A stretch of 63,766 nucleotides of DNA, the filler included, from Olpidium bornovanus S191 (Eukaryota > Fungi > Olpidiomycota): NCBI GenBank assembly GCA_017911155.1. It is 27 parts of 27 records of this genome, joined end to end, with 100 filler letters (N's around TTAATTAATTAA, not from the genome) between each part and the next. Parts side by side here need not be neighbours in the genome. Positions count along the whole stretch, not along the records: positions 60,083 to 61,307 come from JAEFCI010003754.1; positions 61,408 to 63,766 come from JAEFCI010001158.1; 25 more parts are not named here. One strand, given 5' to 3'. The first letter of the stretch is position 1, and each line of letters starts with the position of its first letter. The position numbers were made by a program, and so were the translations under genes. The notes below the pieces were generated by a model. That model ran no database searches. It worked only from the letters and a program-made list of their open reading frames with translations, and was not told the DNA's origin. Shown here in pieces: positions 60,379 through 63,766 of the stretch.

Positions 60379-61122
60379 GTGTGGGCGCCCACCCGGCACT
60401 CGCTGGTGGCGCCGGCCCCGCCGCCGCCGCCGCCGCCACCGGGCGACCACCGCCACCCCCCCCCGGCGGGCGGCCCGGGGCCCCACGGCGGCGTCGCGCC
60501 CCGCTCGGCGGCGCGAACCCCGCGCCGCGCTTCATCGCCCCACCGCCGGCGGCCCGAGGAGGAGGCTCGGTGCAGCAGCCCCCGGTGCCTGAGGCTTTTC
60601 GCGCAAGGCATGGGGTGGCCGGTCGATTCCCTGGTCCGCCTGGGACTCCTCGCGGACCTCGACGGCGGCGGGGGCGGCGGCGGCGGCACCGCCCGTCCTG
60701 CCCGGCGCGGCCGGTCCGAGACCGGCCGGGGCCGGGAAACTCCCGCCCCCGGCGCCGACCCCGGCCGCGTCGAGGGAGAGGGGGCGGGGCCGGGAGACGC
60801 CTGCGGAGAGGAAGGGCGTCGCGACCGCGCGGCGGGCGGCAACCCGCGAGCCGCCGGTGGAACGTGGGGGCGGAAGGCGCGGCGGCCGTCGCGGCCCGGA
60901 GACGTCAAGGTTGAGGAGGGAGCAGGCGACGTCAAGGTGGAGGGAGCGGCGCCCGCGGCGCGCGGAAAGCGGAAGCCGACTTCGGAAGACCACGCCGGAG
61001 AAAGGCGAGGCAGGTTGTTCCCGGAGGGACCCGCCGAGCGGGCTTCCGGAGACCACGGCGACTACGAGACCGCCGGAGACGAACTTTGCGTCAACGTCAA
61101 GACGGAGGAGAACGTCTCGTAG
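60379..61122 (+). CDS. Hypothetical Gly/Pro/Arg-rich protein, C-terminal part
   Basis: Very GC-rich ORF with SPRCLRLFAQGMGWPVDSLVRLGLLADL and DVKVEE repeats; start is uncertain. Confidence 0.4.
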   Translation: MWAPTRHSLVAPAPPPPPPPPGDHRHPPPAGGPGPHGGVAPRSAARTPRRASSPHRRRPEEEARCSSPRCLRLFAQGMGWPVDSLVRLGLLADLDGGGGGGGGTARPARRGRSETGRGRETPAPGADPGRVEGEGAGPGDACGEEGRRDRAAGGNPRAAGGTWGRKARRPSRPGDVKVEEGAGDVKVEGAAPAARGKRKPTSEDHAGERRGRLFPEGPAERASGDHGDYETAGDELCVNVKTEENVS

Positions 61123-61467
61123 TGCCGGGCGCCAGGATGAAGCGGCACCGGTCGCTGGGCGGCACATCGTTTTCCACTGGACTCCTCGAATGATTAGTGA
61201 CGCTCGCTTTTGTCTGCACCGCTCGCCGTATATCTACAGATTGATTTATGTACAATGTCGCCAGATATCGGCGCGCGACTGGGTATATCATATCTGGGGA
61301 TGCATGCNNNNNNNNNNNNNNNNNNNNNNNNNNNNNNNNNNNNNNNNNNNNTTAATTAATTAANNNNNNNNNNNNNNNNNNNNNNNNNNNNNNNNNNNNN
61401 NNNNNNNCCACCGGCCGACCGGGTAGGTAAACCACTCACCGCCCCCCCTCCTCCCCCCCACACCCCC

Positions 61468-63766
61468 ATGGCGGTCGCAACAGCTGAAGTCAGGAACTAC
61501 CTCGAGGTGTACCAGAAGGTCCGTTTCGAAGGACGAAGGAGCGGAAGACCGGGGGGAAAGGCGGGCGGGCGGGGAGGGAGGGAGGTGGGGGGGATAGGGG
61601 AAGAGGACGGGAGGGCGGAGGAGGCACCGTGTGTCCGCCCCGCCCCCTCCCCCTCCCTTCTTCCGCCCGCCTCCCAGATGCCGTTCCCCGGCTTCGCGGT
61701 TGCCCCGCCACTGGGTGCGGTCGGCTCTTTGTGTTAGCTGACCTTCAACTGCGGTTTTTGCCTTCTTAGGGCACCAGGTGCTGGTTCCGCGATCAGGTGG
61801 AGGGCTGGATAGGAGGGGTGCTGACCGAGCGGCAGATCGACCCTGGATCGCAAGTTGCGAAGCTCACCTTCAAAAATGAAGATGGCAACACGCACGTGGT
61901 GGTTGTACCCTTCGGGAACGACGACGCGGCGAATTGCGCTCTGCCGCCTCTGAGAAACCCGCCGATGTTGGAGGGCACCGACGATTTGACGAACTTGAGC
62001 TACCTGCACGAGCCCGCCGGTACGGGGAGGCCCCCCGTCACTGTCCCTCCCCTTCAGCGATTTGCACGGGGCTTCGTTGACCTTGGCCATAGGGGGTTCC
62101 AACACACCGACATTGCGATTTCAACCTTACAGTCTTGCATAACATTAGAACGCGATACGCGCAGCAGAACATCTACACCTACTCCGGCATCGTCCTGATC
62201 GCGCTCAACCCCTTTGAGCGCGTCGCCCTGTACTCGCACGATGTCGTGCAGGCGTACAGCGGGAAGAAGCGGGGCGACCTCGAGCCTCACTTGTTCGCCA
62301 TCGCGGAGGACGCGTACAGGTGCATGATCACCGAAGGCAAGAACCAGACAATCATCGTGTCCGGCGAGTCCGGGGCGGGGAAAACCGTCAGCGCTAAGTA
62401 TATCATGAGGTACTTCGCCACGGCCGACGAGGAGGGGGGGGCCGACGCGGGTTACCCGGGCGCCGGGGACGTGCGCCGCCGAAGAGGGAAGAAGCCCAAA
62501 AAAGTCATCTCCAAGAAGTCCAGTAACCTCAGCTTGCCGGAGTCCACGGCTATTAATGCGCAGCTGCAGGGGTCTGGAGGGGCAAATGGGGAGAGCGGCA
62601 TCAGCGAGACAGAGGAGCAGATCCTTGCAACCAACCCGATCATGGAAGCATTCGGCAACGCGAAGACCACCCGCAATGATAACAGGTGGAGACTTTCTGG
62701 GTTCCTTACATTTCGACGCACAATTTTCTCGCCGTTTGTCATCTGACTTGCGTTGTCCTAACTTACAGCTCCCGATTCGGAAAATATATCGAAATCCAGT
62801 TTGACGAGGAACAGACGATCGTCGGAGCGAAGATCCGCACATATCTTCTTGAGCGGTCCCGCCTGGTTCTTCAGCCCCAGACCGAACGGAACTACCACAT
62901 ATTTTATCAGCTGGTGGCGGGCGCCCCGCCGTCGGAAAAGAAGGAGCTCGGCCTGGGGTCGACTTTCGAAGACTTCCATTCGTTGAAGCAGGGAAGCCAG
63001 GGGTACATCCGCGGCGTGGACGACGCGGCGGAATTTGAGATTACCCAGCGCGCTTTATCAACGATCGGCATCTCCGTGCAGCTGCAATGGCAGATCTTTC
63101 GGGTGCTGGCAGCGTTACTGCACATCGGGAACGTCCAGGTCTCGGGCTCAGACCGGACCGACGCGTCCATCTCCGAAACGGACGAGTCGTGCAACCATGC
63201 CGCCCGCCTCTTGGGAATTTCCGGTTCGGAGTTTCGGCGGTGGATAGTCAAGAAGCAGATCATCACGCGGACGGAGAAGATCGTGACGGCCCTGAAGGCC
63301 CCGGACGCGGCTGTCGTCCGCGACGCAGTCACGAAGTACATATATTCCAATGTATTCGACTGGCTGGTGAAGATAGTAAACTCCAGTCTTAGCCTGGCAG
63401 ATGAGGGGCAGAAAGTCAGCACGTTCATCGGAGTCCTCGACATTTACGGGTTCGAGCATTTCCAAAAGAACTCCTTCGAGCAGTTTTGCATCAATTATGC
63501 CAACGAGAAGTTACAGCAGGAGGTCAGTAGATCCGAATCCGGATTTCGAAAGACGAGGCCATCTGCGGCAGCACGCCTTCTGACGATAATTCCGACGATG
63601 TGGGCAAGTTTGCAGAGCATGTATTCAAACTAGAGCAAGAGCTTTACATGAAGGAGCAAATCAAGTGGACATTCATCGACTTCAGCGACAACACGCCCAC
63701 CATAGAGATGCTTGAAGGGAGGTTGGGCATCTTGGCTCTCCTCGACGAGGAGTCCCGCCTGCTTTC
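61468..63766 (+). CDS. MYO2: Class V myosin (Myo2-like) heavy chain, 5' part
   Basis: [73 protein letters not shown]|[17 protein letters not shown]. Confidence 0.97.

Larger units (their letters stand above)
6469..61407. other. 26 artificial contig linkers (44 N + TTAATTAATTAA + 44 N), first at 6469-6568 and last at 61308-61407
   Basis: Identical 100-nt spacer with a core giving stops in all six frames recurs 26 times; genes are truncated at the linkers. Confidence 0.98.

Noticed and set aside
62471-62532. Possible intron within myosin loop 1
   Set aside because: The candidate lengths (53 and 62 nt) would break the frame.
1-63766. Gene neighbourhood or cluster interpretation across the window
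   Set aside because: Contigs are joined by artificial linkers, so adjacency between them is meaningless.

Overview
This is not one contiguous locus. It is 27 short contigs joined by an artificial 100-nt linker (44 N + TTAATTAATTAA + 44 N), so adjacency across linkers has no biological meaning. The DNA is GC-rich and intron-rich, with long homopolymers and (GA)n tracts. Gene content is fungal: Slt2-type MAPK, class V myosin, Thi74-like transporter, Zta1, Rrp12, Rpn10, eIF2-alpha, PP4, SRP receptor beta, Nif3, Ysa1/NUDT5, TMEM19, ZCCHC10, Med27-like and an RsfS/Atp25-like protein. It also carries the axonemal gene CFAP54, so the source is inferred to be a flagellated early-diverging fungus (Olpidium-like; not verified). 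There are decayed Ty1/copia, Ty3/gypsy and pogo elements and several orphan spliced genes. Three observations stand out. (1) Both tRNA genes (Glu-TTC and Pro-AGG) are structurally intact except for a mismatch at the 1:72 pair, with the 5' base non-canonical and the 3' base canonical. This is the signature of Thg1/TLP-type 5' tRNA editing, which I know only from organellar tRNAs, not nuclear-encoded ones. (2) A membrane protein whose spliced sequence aligns by eye to the start of the plant cytokinin-receptor CHASE domain. (3) 16 of 52 internal contig ends lie exactly at CATG and 22 of 52 lie within 3 nt of one. All family assignments are by motif recognition; no database searches were run.
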